Source of the DNA: Desulfatiglandales bacterium
GTDB taxonomy: Bacteria; Desulfobacterota; DSM-4660; Desulfatiglandales; HGW-15
Length of the DNA: 64,000 bases
NCBI GenBank assembly: GCA_963667015.2
Contig: CAXXJJ010000004.1
Location: forward strand, 992,001 to 1,056,000
Direction of reading: 5' to 3'
Made by a program: the position numbers and the translations under genes. Shown in pieces: positions 8,707-18,584 of the stretch; position 1 is the stretch's first letter; each line of letters starts with the position of its first letter. The notes beneath the pieces were generated by a model. It was given only the letters and a program-made list of their open reading frames with translations, searched no databases and was not told the DNA's origin.

Positions 8707-9699
8707 TTAATTCTTTATCCCTATTATAAGACCTGTACTCCTGGTCTCTTTTCTTTCAACAAACGTCATGCCTGCCTGCTCCAGCCAGTCCTTCACCTCC
8801 GATTCGGTGTATGTATCACCCGAGTCTGTATTAACAAGCATATTAAGAGAAAAAAACGCACCGAATGGAGGATGGATCCGGTCATCATCCATGATAAAAT
8901 CCGATATTACTATTCTCCCTCTCCTGTTCAGTGCACTGCTAGATTTTTTAATCAGTTCGATATTCTGTTCCGGTGAATTGATATGAATAATAGCCGACAG
9001 AAATACCAGATCATAGCCAGCCGGAAGTTCATCAGTATTATAATTTCCGGGTATTGTGTCTATCTTTCCTTCAAGGCCTTCATTACGCACATATTTTTCC
9101 GTCATAGCAACCACATTGGGCAGGTCGAAGACTGTTGAGCAGATATTTTCGGCCGCCCTTACAAATGCCATTGAATAGGCACCAGAACCTCCTCCTACAT
9201 CGAGGACTTTTTTTACCCCTGAAAGATCTATCTGATCAATAAGGGACGGTGCCTCACTGAATGCGCGGCTGTGCATGGCTGCTATAAACGGTTTAAACCA
9301 TTTGTCATCCCTTTCCGCTACAGGGTTTATTTTTACGGATTTGCCGGTTTTTACTGATTCACTGAGATTGCCCCATGAATCCCATAAATTTACAGAATGC
9401 ATTATACCGCCCTGGAATTCAGGTTTTCCTTCGATAAGATACTGCTTTGCAGCCTCTGAGTTATAAAACACCCCATTTTTCTTTTTTACTGCCCCGGTAA
9501 CACACAGGGCATTTAAAAGACGATTTGTCGCTCTTGGATCAGCCTTTATCTCACTGGCCACCTGATCGGAGGATTTTTCATCCTCACCAAGCACGGTAAA
9601 TATCCCCAGTTCAAAACCTGTAAGAAATACCCTGCTCTGCTGAAATGATCTTGACAAAAAGTTAATGTCATTGAAAGAAAATCTGGCCTTTTTATTCAT
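8707..9699 (-). CDS. SAM-dependent O-methyltransferase (Methyltransf_2 with dimerisation domain)
   Basis: VLDVGGGSG, FDLPNV, YDLVFLSAIIH, and an N-terminal HTH-like dimerisation region. Confidence 0.9.
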   Translation of the reverse strand: MNKKARFSFNDINFLSRSFQQSRVFLTGFELGIFTVLGEDEKSSDQVASEIKADPRATNRLLNALCVTGAVKKKNGVFYNSEAAKQYLIEGKPEFQGGIMHSVNLWDSWGNLSESVKTGKSVKINPVAERDDKWFKPFIAAMHSRAFSEAPSLIDQIDLSGVKKVLDVGGGSGAYSMAFVRAAENICSTVFDLPNVVAMTEKYVRNEGLEGKIDTIPGNYNTDELPAGYDLVFLSAIIHINSPEQNIELIKKSSSALNRRGRIVISDFIMDDDRIHPPFGAFFSLNMLVNTDSGDTYTESEVKDWLEQAGMTFVERKETRSTGLIIGIKN

Positions 9700-9894
9700 A
9701 TCAATACCTCCGCAAAGGTTGAATGACCATTATAATGAAAAAATTAATCTGCGGGCCTGGAGGAAATATATTTTTAATTTTTGATAATACATGCGCATTT
9801 GAATTGAAGCAAATGTTTTATTTATATAGTTCCTTTTGACATGAATTATAAAAGCTCATATAATCCGCCAAAATAAATGTTAACGGGGGTAGCT

Positions 9895-11226
9895 ATGGAT
9901 AAAAGCTGGAATGATTTATCACCTGAAGAAAAACGTGAAAAACGGTTTGAGAAATGGCTTTCCACAGAAAACAGGCAATTCAACAGTCCGGATGCTGAAC
10001 AGAAATATAAAGAAATAGTTACGAGGTTCATTAAGGTCTTTAAACTTGAAGAGCCGGACCGGGTTCCTGTCATGCTTCCTACCGGCACAACCCCAATATA
10101 TATGGCCGGGATGACATACAAGGAAGCAATGTATGACAGCGAAAAACTCATCAAGGCCTACGAAAATGTATTCAATATCTTTAAAGGAGACAATTTCGCA
10201 TCCCCCATGATCCATTCCGGTAAATCCGCAGATTTACTGGACACAAAAACATCTAAATACCCCGGTCATGGCCTTCCTGATGACGGCCATGGCAGCCAGT
10301 TTGTTGAGGGTGAGTATATGAAGGCCGATGAGTATGACATGTTCATCAATGATATGTCTGATTTTATTTTAAGGCGTTATCTGCCGCGAACACTTGGTTT
10401 GCTGGAACCTTTTCAAAATTTTCCGCCGCTGCCCAATTCACTTGGATTTCCCAGCATGTTTTTAGGTCCCATGTCCAATCCGCAGGTCCAGGATATGCTG
10501 CTGAAACTGGTCGAATACGGCAAGGAAAATGCCAAATGGCAGATGCCTATTATGAAGTTCCATCAGATGGCCCAGGCCGAGGGATATCCTTCAATGATGG
10601 GTGCATTTGCTCATGCTCCATTTGACCTTATGGGTGATACCCTCAGGGGTACCCATGGAATTATCATGGATATGTATCGTCAGCCGGAGAAGCTTCACAA
10701 GGCAATGGAAAAACTTGTTCCGCTCAATATTAATATTGCAGTAACCGCAGCAGATATGTCAGGAGTTCCGATTGCCATGTTTCCCCTTCACAAGGGCGAC
10801 GATACAATGATGTCTGACAAGCAGTACAGAGAATTTTACTGGCCGACATTCAGAAAAGTACTGATAGGCATTATTGAACAGGGAGTTGTGCCTTTGTTAT
10901 TTGCCGAAGGTAAATATAATGAACGGCTTGAGATTATAAAGGATTTACCCAGATCCGGAGTCGTATGGTACTTTGATCAGACAGATATGTTTAAAGCTAA
11001 GGAAATACTCGGTGATACCGCATGCATCATGGGCAATGTCCCGACCTCCCTTCTGTGCACAGGTAAACCACAGGAAATTAAGGAATACTGCCGCAAGCTG
11101 ATAGAAGTATGTGGAAAAGGCGGAGGCTATATTCTGGCTGGGGGCGCATCGCTGGATAAGGGGATACCTGATAATATCCATGCAATGAGTGAAGCAGCAT
11201 TTGAATATGGAGTCTATAAAAAATAA
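9895..11226 (+). CDS. Uroporphyrinogen decarboxylase (URO-D) superfamily protein of unknown substrate
   Basis: PDRVPV, APFDLMGDTLRG, YREFYWP, CIMGNVP, GGGYILAGG. Lacks the HxC...C zinc motif of MtaA/CmuA methyltransferases. Confidence 0.8.
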   Translation: MDKSWNDLSPEEKREKRFEKWLSTENRQFNSPDAEQKYKEIVTRFIKVFKLEEPDRVPVMLPTGTTPIYMAGMTYKEAMYDSEKLIKAYENVFNIFKGDNFASPMIHSGKSADLLDTKTSKYPGHGLPDDGHGSQFVEGEYMKADEYDMFINDMSDFILRRYLPRTLGLLEPFQNFPPLPNSLGFPSMFLGPMSNPQVQDMLLKLVEYGKENAKWQMPIMKFHQMAQAEGYPSMMGAFAHAPFDLMGDTLRGTHGIIMDMYRQPEKLHKAMEKLVPLNINIAVTAADMSGVPIAMFPLHKGDDTMMSDKQYREFYWPTFRKVLIGIIEQGVVPLLFAEGKYNERLEIIKDLPRSGVVWYFDQTDMFKAKEILGDTACIMGNVPTSLLCTGKPQEIKEYCRKLIEVCGKGGGYILAGGASLDKGIPDNIHAMSEAAFEYGVYKK

Positions 11227-11240
11227 ATAAGGAGAATCAA

Positions 11241-12368
11241 ATGGCAAAAAAATCATACCACAGTATTTGTGCATGGACATTTAACGCCGGCAAAGGAGGT
11301 TTCACTCCATATGATACGCGCGCAGCTTGGAGTGGCGACAAACTGGATACCGTTGGTAAAATCAAACTGACAAATGAGAAAATTCGTCCACGCCTGCCGG
11401 ATAACGTAGAGCTGGGCTTTGAAATTCATTATGACTATGAATACTGTGAAGACAATGCAGCAGCCATAGCAGACACACTATGTGAAACAGGTATTTCACT
11501 CGCAATGGCAACTCCCGGGGCGCACAGATATTTCCCATATGGCGGTATATGTTCACCCGACCCGGAAGAGAGAAAAGCCGCCAATGACTATGGCGCAAGA
11601 TCTTTAAAAATTGCCTATGGCGACCTGAAGAAGGCATGGAATAAAGAGATTCCGCCTACATTTGTTCTCTGGAACGGCTCATATGGTTATGATCTGGCCT
11701 CTGTAGGTATTCAGCGTATGTATCAATTCCTCAAAGAAAGTGTCGCCGAGCTCTGCAGCCTTGAAAAGTCCCTTGGGGGGGAAATGTACATGGCTATAGA
11801 GCCAAAACCCAATGAGGGTTATCCGGCAATGTTTCTCCCTACAGTGGCAAGCGCTATTGTATTCTGGAAAAAACTCCAGGAGGAATATGGCATTGATATA
11901 GATAAAAAAGGTCTGAATAAGGAATTCGGACACTCCGAAATGATAGGCCTCGATCATGTGTATGATACCGTAGAAGAGATAGACAACAATATGCTGATGC
12001 ACATGCATGTAAACAGCCAGGGTTACAATGACGGCCTGATTATGGGCGGGCCCGGCAAATTTGATATTGATAATGGTGCAAGGATAAACGGCATGAATAT
12101 CGCCATTGCAGGACTTATCGATCAGGCAGGTTTTAACCGCTGGAAAGGCCATGACATGCAGGTGAGGGCACATGACACCGAAGAACAGGGAATAGATCGG
12201 GTGATAAGGAGCATACTGAGCTGGGAAGCATGTGAAAAGGCGGCAGCAGACCTTGATTACGATAAACTCTGGGAATACCTGTCCGGCAGAGAAACCGCAA
12301 AGGCTGAGGATCTTATGAGAGACTCTGTTGTACGTGCCTGCGGTTATTTTAATGAGATGTACAAATAA
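11241..12368 (+). CDS. Xylose isomerase family sugar isomerase (divergent)
   Basis: AIEPKPNEG, NKEFGH, KFDID and an N-terminal CAWTF, matching class I XylA motifs. Confidence 0.8.
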   Translation: MAKKSYHSICAWTFNAGKGGFTPYDTRAAWSGDKLDTVGKIKLTNEKIRPRLPDNVELGFEIHYDYEYCEDNAAAIADTLCETGISLAMATPGAHRYFPYGGICSPDPEERKAANDYGARSLKIAYGDLKKAWNKEIPPTFVLWNGSYGYDLASVGIQRMYQFLKESVAELCSLEKSLGGEMYMAIEPKPNEGYPAMFLPTVASAIVFWKKLQEEYGIDIDKKGLNKEFGHSEMIGLDHVYDTVEEIDNNMLMHMHVNSQGYNDGLIMGGPGKFDIDNGARINGMNIAIAGLIDQAGFNRWKGHDMQVRAHDTEEQGIDRVIRSILSWEACEKAAADLDYDKLWEYLSGRETAKAEDLMRDSVVRACGYFNEMYK

Positions 12369-12445
12369 AAACATGGTTCACGGTTTAAGGTTCAAGGTGC
12401 AGGGGTAAAAGAAAAAACTCTCGCATCATAATTCTTTTTTAATTT

Positions 12446-12525
12446 AACTGTCATTTCGACCAACGGGAGAAATCTTAAAAAATTTCTTATTATTAAGATC
12501 TCTCCTTTCAGTCGAGATGCCAGTT
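12446..12525. repeat. REP-like long hairpin (GTCATTTCGAC...GTCGAGATG type)
   Basis: aactgtcatttcgac..gggagaaatctt pairs with aagatctctcc..gtcgagatgccagtt. Confidence 0.65.
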
Positions 12526-12608
12526 TGTTTTTGTATATTTACTTCCTGAAATAGTATTAAAGAATCAAACAAAAAATAACCGAATATATACCTAATTTTG
12601 GAGACAAC

Positions 12609-14209
12609 ATGTCATCATCCTATTCACTTGGTATCGAATTCAGCACACAGTCAGTCAAACTGGTTGTTCTTGATCTTGATAATACTGATATCGCCTTCAG
12701 CGATTCATTCAACTATGATCAGGCATTTCCTGAATATAAAACTGAGGGAGGTGTGTTGCCCTCGCCCGATGAAGAAATACGGTATACCTCACCATTTATG
12801 CTGATTGAAGCTGTTGATCTTGCATTTAAAAGGCTTTCTGAAAGCGGGATTGACATATCCTTAATTAAGGCCATAAAGTGTGATGGCATGCAGCACTGTA
12901 CGGTTTATGCTGACTCTTCTTTCGGTAAAACCATATCTTCTCTTGACCCTGATCAGGATCTTCTCAAACAGATTGGCTCCTGTATATCACGTCCTGCATC
13001 GCCCATATGGGAAGACAGGAGCACAGCCAAAGAAGCGGAATATCTAACTGAAGCGCTGAAAGGCGAAGGAGGTATATTGAACATTACCGGAAACAGGGCC
13101 GAACTTCGGTTCCCTGCCCCGCAGATTTTAAAATGGGCCTCGGAAAACCGTAATGAGTATGAAAACACCTCAAATATTTTTATATTAAGCGCATTTGTAA
13201 CTTCAATACTTTCAGGTAAAATATCAGCAGTTGATACCGGTGACGGATGGGGGGCAAACCTCAATAACCTTGATATTAATAACCCCGGCTGGAGCAGCAG
13301 GGTTATTTCGGTTATGGACAAATATCTTGCAAAAGCAGGGAGTAACTCACCCCTGTCCTCAAGACTTGGTGAAATTGATCATTACGACGCTGATGCCGGG
13401 TTTATAAACAACTATTTCATTAAAAAAATACGGGTTATCACCTGATACTGCCATATTAACCGGTACAGGTGACAACCCTGCTACTCTCCTGGGCTGCGGC
13501 GGTAAAATTGTTGTATCCCTTGGAAGTAGCTACACGGTCAATGGTGTTATGGAAAAGATTATTCCTTCGGAAAATGAGGAATATAACATATTCGGGTATA
13601 CAAGAGGAAAGGCAATGGCCCTGTCTGTAATCACCAATGGCGCAAAGGTTCATGACCATTTTTTACAGGAATATCTGAGTAAGTCAGAGGATAAATCCGC
13701 TGACAGCACAGACTGGGAGGAATATATAAAAATAGCAGGTTCTCCCGATCTCTCACCTGAAGAAAAAATACTTTTGCCCTATCTCTTCGATGAATCAGTA
13801 CCATTAAGGAGAAAAGGCATTGTACGGGAAAATTTCAATGAAGATTCCGGAGAGGAAAACGTAAGGGCATTAATCCTGTCCCAGGTTCTTTCACTGAAGC
13901 TTCATTCAGGCCATCTGGGGGATGTTAAGGAGTTGTGCGTTGTCGGAGGAGGAGCAGGAAACAGCCTCATGATGCAGTGGATAGCGGATGCCTTTGGTGC
14001 TGAGACCTATACTATTGAAAACTTTGCTGTTGCGGCCCCATTGGGGTGTGCAGTCAGCGCAGCGGTAAAGGCCCTTAATATTTCATATGAAGAAGCAGCA
14101 GAAAAAGTTTGTACGAAAAGACCCGGCATCCATAAAAAAACCTCTTCCGGAAAACGTAAAGGTAATGCAGGGGCTTGTTAAACGATATCATGAACTTGAG
14201 AACAGGTGA
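12609..14209 (+). CDS. FGGY-family xylulokinase-like kinase (eukaryotic XKS1-like subtype), frameshifted near 13425 and 14105
   Basis: LGIEFSTQSVK, DGMQH, SPIWEDRST, TGDNP (in the gap between the listed ORFs) and VVGGGAGN. Both breaks lie in A-runs. Confidence 0.8.
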
Positions 14210-14224
14210 TACTGAAAGGATAAG

Positions 14225-16552
14225 ATGATGACCACACCCATCTATAAGGACCCGACAAAATCAACTGATCAGAGAGTAAAGGACCTCCTGGATAAAATGA
14301 ATCTTGAAGAAAAGATCCTTCAGCTCACATCCATATGGCTCTCATTTGATCCTGAAAAGGGTGATATGGCTCCGTCCATTATGGGAGCGGATCTGGATGA
14401 AATGGCAGGCGGTATTGATATTGATTACTACCTTGGATCAGGCATTGGGCAGATCACCAGGGCCTTTGGAAGCAGGCCAATTGACCCGGTTATCGGCGCC
14501 GGAACGGTCAACCGGATCCAGAAAAGAGTTATGGAAGAATCACGCCTGGGCATCCCTGTAATCTGTCATGAGGAGTGTCTCAGCGGCCTGATGGCCCAGG
14601 GAGCCACCTCCTTTCCTTCTCCGGTAAATTATGGTTCCACATGGGAGCCGGAACTGATCCAGCAGGTGGGAGATGTTATAAGGCGCCAGATGAGATCACT
14701 GGGCACTCACCAGGGTCTTGCGCCTGTATGCGATGTTGCAAGGGACGCACGATGGGGCAGAGTCGAGGAAACAATTGGTGAAGACCCCTATCTTGTCGGG
14801 GTAATGGTCACAAATTACGTTAAAGGCCTTCAGGGCAATGATCTTAAAAAAGGTATAATTGCCACCCTCAAACATTTTGCGGGTTATTCATTCAGCGAGG
14901 GGGGAAGAAATTTTGCCCCTGTGCATGCTGGAAGACGTGATTTAATGGACGTGTTTTTTATTCCCTTTGAAATGGCAGTTAAAGAAGGAAAGGTGCTGTC
15001 ACTCATGAACGGCTACCATGAGTTTGACGGTGAAGTCCCGGGTGCATCCCGATGGCTTTTAACAGAAGTCCTCAGGGATCAATGGGGCTTTGCCGGATTT
15101 ACCGTATCTGATTATGGCTCAATTACCTTTCTGCATAATATGCACAGGATCGTTGAAACACACAAAGAGGCGGCAGCGGCAGCGCTCAAAGCGGGCCTTG
15201 ACGTTGAACTGCCCAACCCTACCATGTATCCCCGGGGGCTCAAGGATGCCCATTCAGACGGATTAATAACCGAAGATGACATCAACCTTGCAGTATCAAG
15301 GGTGCTAAGACTGAAGTTTGAGCTCGGGCTGTTTGAAAATCCATATGTGGATCCGGAGGCGATCAACCTGGATCTTCCGGAGGAGCGTGCACTTGCGTCA
15401 AAGATTGCGGAAAAATCCATAACACTTTTATCCAACAGAGGAGTGCTCCCCATTTCACCGGACGTTAACAGGATAGCCATCATTGGCCCAAACGCCCACA
15501 ATATTATGGCACTGTTCGGGAACTACAGTTTTGAGAACCACGTTGTATCCACACACTATAACGATATGGCTGAAGAGGTAATATCTGCGCCTACTGTCCT
15601 TGACAGGCTCAGGGAAAAGATCGGCGAAGAGAGGGTTCTCTATGCGCAGGGGTGCAATATCCTTGATAATGACCTGGCAATGATACCTGAGGCAGTTGAA
15701 ACGGCTCAAAAGGCCGATCTTGTCGTACTTGCAGTAGGAGACAAGGCAGGCCATTTCAGGAGAGGCACGGTTGGTGAGGGCACAGACACTCCCGATCTTT
15801 CACTGCTAGGAGGTCAGGAACAGCTTGTAAAGGCTATTTTTGAAACAGGAAAACCTGTTGTAATTGTCCTGCTTAATGGAAGGCCCTTTGCCATACCAGA
15901 AATAGCAGAAAAGGCATCCGCTATTGTTGAGGCATGGTTCCCTGGTCAGGAAGGTGCAGGTATAATAGTTGATACTCTTTTCGGAGACTTAAATCCCGGG
16001 GGAAAAACAATACTGACATTCAGCCGGTCGGCGGGTGTTCAACCTTTATTTTATAACCACAAATTTCTGGCTCCGGGGTTTCCAAAACTTCCTGAATTTG
16101 AACCGGTGTTTCCATTCGGTCATGGCCTGAGCTATACGGAATTTACCTACAGCGATCTTGAACTTTCTTCACCTGAAATACCTGTTGATGGTGAGATTGA
16201 AATCAGCGTTAGGATAGAAAACAGCGGACACAGAACAGGAGAGGAAGTTGCACAGCTTTATATCAACGATCCTGTAGCAACTGTTCCAAGACCGGTTAAA
16301 GAACTTAAAGGATTTAAAAGAATATCCCTGAAACCCGGAGAGCAGAAAAAAATCACATTTAAAATGTCTGCTGATATGCTTGCATTTACAGGACTGGATT
16401 ATAAAAAGATAATAGAGCCAGGTGAGATAAAAGTAATGATAGGCTCTTCAAGCGAGGATATAAGGCTTGAAACCAGCTTTTTACTTACCGGAGAAAAGAG
16501 GTATCCCGGAGAAGACAGGGAGCTTATGACGAAAGTTAAAGTAGAGGTTTAA
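14225..16552 (+). CDS. Glycoside hydrolase family 3 (beta-xylosidase/beta-glucosidase), no signal peptide
   Basis: SRLGIP, HEECLSG, RWGRVEETIGEDP, TLKHFAG, nucleophile in VSDY, FPFGHGLSYT, and an Fn3-like C-terminus. Confidence 0.95.
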   Translation: MMTTPIYKDPTKSTDQRVKDLLDKMNLEEKILQLTSIWLSFDPEKGDMAPSIMGADLDEMAGGIDIDYYLGSGIGQITRAFGSRPIDPVIGAGTVNRIQKRVMEESRLGIPVICHEECLSGLMAQGATSFPSPVNYGSTWEPELIQQVGDVIRRQMRSLGTHQGLAPVCDVARDARWGRVEETIGEDPYLVGVMVTNYVKGLQGNDLKKGIIATLKHFAGYSFSEGGRNFAPVHAGRRDLMDVFFIPFEMAVKEGKVLSLMNGYHEFDGEVPGASRWLLTEVLRDQWGFAGFTVSDYGSITFLHNMHRIVETHKEAAAAALKAGLDVELPNPTMYPRGLKDAHSDGLITEDDINLAVSRVLRLKFELGLFENPYVDPEAINLDLPEERALASKIAEKSITLLSNRGVLPISPDVNRIAIIGPNAHNIMALFGNYSFENHVVSTHYNDMAEEVISAPTVLDRLREKIGEERVLYAQGCNILDNDLAMIPEAVETAQKADLVVLAVGDKAGHFRRGTVGEGTDTPDLSLLGGQEQLVKAIFETGKPVVIVLLNGRPFAIPEIAEKASAIVEAWFPGQEGAGIIVDTLFGDLNPGGKTILTFSRSAGVQPLFYNHKFLAPGFPKLPEFEPVFPFGHGLSYTEFTYSDLELSSPEIPVDGEIEISVRIENSGHRTGEEVAQLYINDPVATVPRPVKELKGFKRISLKPGEQKKITFKMSADMLAFTGLDYKKIIEPGEIKVMIGSSSEDIRLETSFLLTGEKRYPGEDRELMTKVKVEV

Positions 16553-16582
16553 GGTATATGGCCTACAGTTTAGGGGTATATT

Positions 16583-16610
16583 GCAGGGGCGAATAATTAT
16601 TCGCCCTTAC
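16583..16610. repeat. GTAG-family REP palindrome
   Basis: gcaggggcgaataattattcgcccttac between convergent genes. Confidence 0.65.
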
Positions 16611-16623
16611 GATGTTTACAATA

Positions 16624-17139
16624 TTAATGCGACTCTGATTTTGCTCTATTCTCTTTTCTGCCTTCCATCAGAATAAACCAGAACAGGAAGATCGCTCCGA
16701 AGGTTATAAAAAGGTCTGCCACATTAAATATGCCTGTTCTTAAGGAGCCAATACCCATATTCATAAAGTCTACTACCCTTCCCTCATTTAACAGTCTGTC
16801 AATCAAATTTCCGATCCCTCCTCCCAGGATGGCGGAAAGTGCAAAAACCTGCCGGACCGTAAAGCCCTTTGAAAAAACGAGGTAGAAAAACAGTATAACA
16901 AGGAAGACTGCCACCAAAACTGAAAAGACCCAGAAACGTATGCTCTCAGGCACAGCAGCCCCCATGCCAAGAAAACCGCCTGTATTTTCAGCATACTGTA
17001 GAACAAACACATTATGAAAATAAGAGATAATCCCTTTATCCGCAAGGCAGTTATGTGCGATTTTTTTCGTAATCTGATCCAGTATAATCGAAACAAATAA
17101 CATAAGTAATATTACTGCGGCTCTGGTTTTTAGCTTCAT
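16624..17139 (-). CDS. lspA: Lipoprotein signal peptidase II
   Basis: DQITK, ENTGGFLG, GGGIGNLIDR, VVDF, IFNVAD. Confidence 0.95.
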   Translation of the reverse strand: MKLKTRAAVILLMLFVSIILDQITKKIAHNCLADKGIISYFHNVFVLQYAENTGGFLGMGAAVPESIRFWVFSVLVAVFLVILFFYLVFSKGFTVRQVFALSAILGGGIGNLIDRLLNEGRVVDFMNMGIGSLRTGIFNVADLFITFGAIFLFWFILMEGRKENRAKSESH

Positions 17140-17201
17140 ATTCTTTACTTTTTAAAATGTATTAGTATAAATGGCAATATTAACAAACGGCAATATATTA
17201 T

Positions 17202-18203
17202 ATGAGACCTGATAGTGCAATAATGGCAGACAATAAAACTGATAAAATATTTGATCAACTTGAACGACGCCTGGGGAAAAAACACCTTACTGACAGATTA
17301 AAGGCAGAAAAATGGCATACGCTGTTTAAGCGATTGATGCGTGGAGTAATCTTCCGGGAAGATATGGACCCAAAATATATCTTCCTCAAATTATTACTTA
17401 TTCTCGCCGGTAGTTATGACAGGTTAAAATCAAATACTCTCAAATATGCAGTTAATTATCAAACCGCATCATTCAGAAACCTGCCTGAAAAATTTAATGG
17501 ATTAAAGATACTTCACCTCTCGGATATTCATATTGAAGGGATACCTGACAGGGGAGAAAGTCTTGCCGTATTAATATCCGGGCTTGAATATGACCTTTGC
17601 CTTATCACAGGAGATTATCGTTTTTTATCATTCGGTGAGTGTCTTCCAACAATTGAGAAAATAAAGACAATTACAGACAGGATTAAATGCAGGTATGGAA
17701 TCCTTGGTATACTCGGTAACCATGATTCAATAAATATGGTGCCTGAACTGGAATCTATCGGGGTCAGGATGCTGATAAACGAATCACATATGATTGTCGA
17801 AGACTGTGACTGTATCTGTATTGCAGGTGTGGATAATCCATCCTTCCACACATGTGCCAAGCTATCAAAGACCCTCAGACATGTACAGGATGAAGATTTT
17901 ACCATCCTTCTCGCACACTCTCCCTGCCTTTTAAGAGAGGCAGCAAAAAGAAATGTCGATTATTATCTTTGCGGCCATACACACGGAGGGCAGCTATGTC
18001 TTCCCGGCGGAAGCCCCATAATAACAAAAGCGAAATGTGAAAGAAGATATTCAGTGGGGGCCTGGACCTACAGGGGCATGAAAGGTTACACATCAAGCGG
18101 CGCCGGGACATCAGGTCTGCCTGTAAGGCTGCACTGCCCTCCTGAAGTAACCTTACATACCCTTGTTAAAAACAGTAAGGACGAAAAATCTTTAGTCCTG
18201 TAA
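17202..18203 (+). CDS. Metallophosphoesterase (YkuE-like)
   Basis: HLSDIH, TGD, LGNHD, LAHSP, CGHTHGGQ. Confidence 0.92.
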   Translation: MRPDSAIMADNKTDKIFDQLERRLGKKHLTDRLKAEKWHTLFKRLMRGVIFREDMDPKYIFLKLLLILAGSYDRLKSNTLKYAVNYQTASFRNLPEKFNGLKILHLSDIHIEGIPDRGESLAVLISGLEYDLCLITGDYRFLSFGECLPTIEKIKTITDRIKCRYGILGILGNHDSINMVPELESIGVRMLINESHMIVEDCDCICIAGVDNPSFHTCAKLSKTLRHVQDEDFTILLAHSPCLLREAAKRNVDYYLCGHTHGGQLCLPGGSPIITKAKCERRYSVGAWTYRGMKGYTSSGAGTSGLPVRLHCPPEVTLHTLVKNSKDEKSLVL

Positions 18204-18281
18204 TGCCTTCAAAGTAATCTTGACTGAATGCACAATAATAATGTAATTTATACGGCATAAATCCCATCACAGGAGATAAAA

Positions 18282-18584
18282 ATGCCCTGGACAAAAATCC
18301 TGTTAAGCGATGATCAGGTTAAGACAGGTGAAATAAAACGTCTGCAGACTAAATTCAGAGATATTTTTCATAAGGCAGGCATGCCAACGGATATGGCCCT
18401 GTTTGCCGGTCAGCCCACCGATACAGGATACTATCCCTTTTACCTGAGTCCGGCATGCTCCAAGGTATCTGATGGTCTTCTTTCTGAATATGCCGGAGTT
18501 GCCTGCGATAAGCCCAAAAAGAACGGTCTTGAACCCACGATGGTTATAGGTTTTAAGCAGGGATGGGATATGCTGCTGGAGTAA
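18282..18584 (+). CDS. Hypothetical protein
   Basis: 100-aa ORF with an AGGAG RBS and normal codon usage. No motif recognised. Confidence 0.6.
   Translation: MPWTKILLSDDQVKTGEIKRLQTKFRDIFHKAGMPTDMALFAGQPTDTGYYPFYLSPACSKVSDGLLSEYAGVACDKPKKNGLEPTMVIGFKQGWDMLLE

Noticed and set aside
9895..11226. Calling the URO-D-like protein hemE or a corrinoid methyltransferase MT2
   Set aside because: It lacks the HemE RQAGR motif and the HxC...C zinc ligands, so only the superfamily can be stated.
11679..12374. 231-aa minus-strand ORF and many similar antisense ORFs (for example 18730-19272, 20014-20673, 27162-27677, 54299-54796)
   Set aside because: They lie opposite well-supported genes and carry no motifs. 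They are shadow ORFs.
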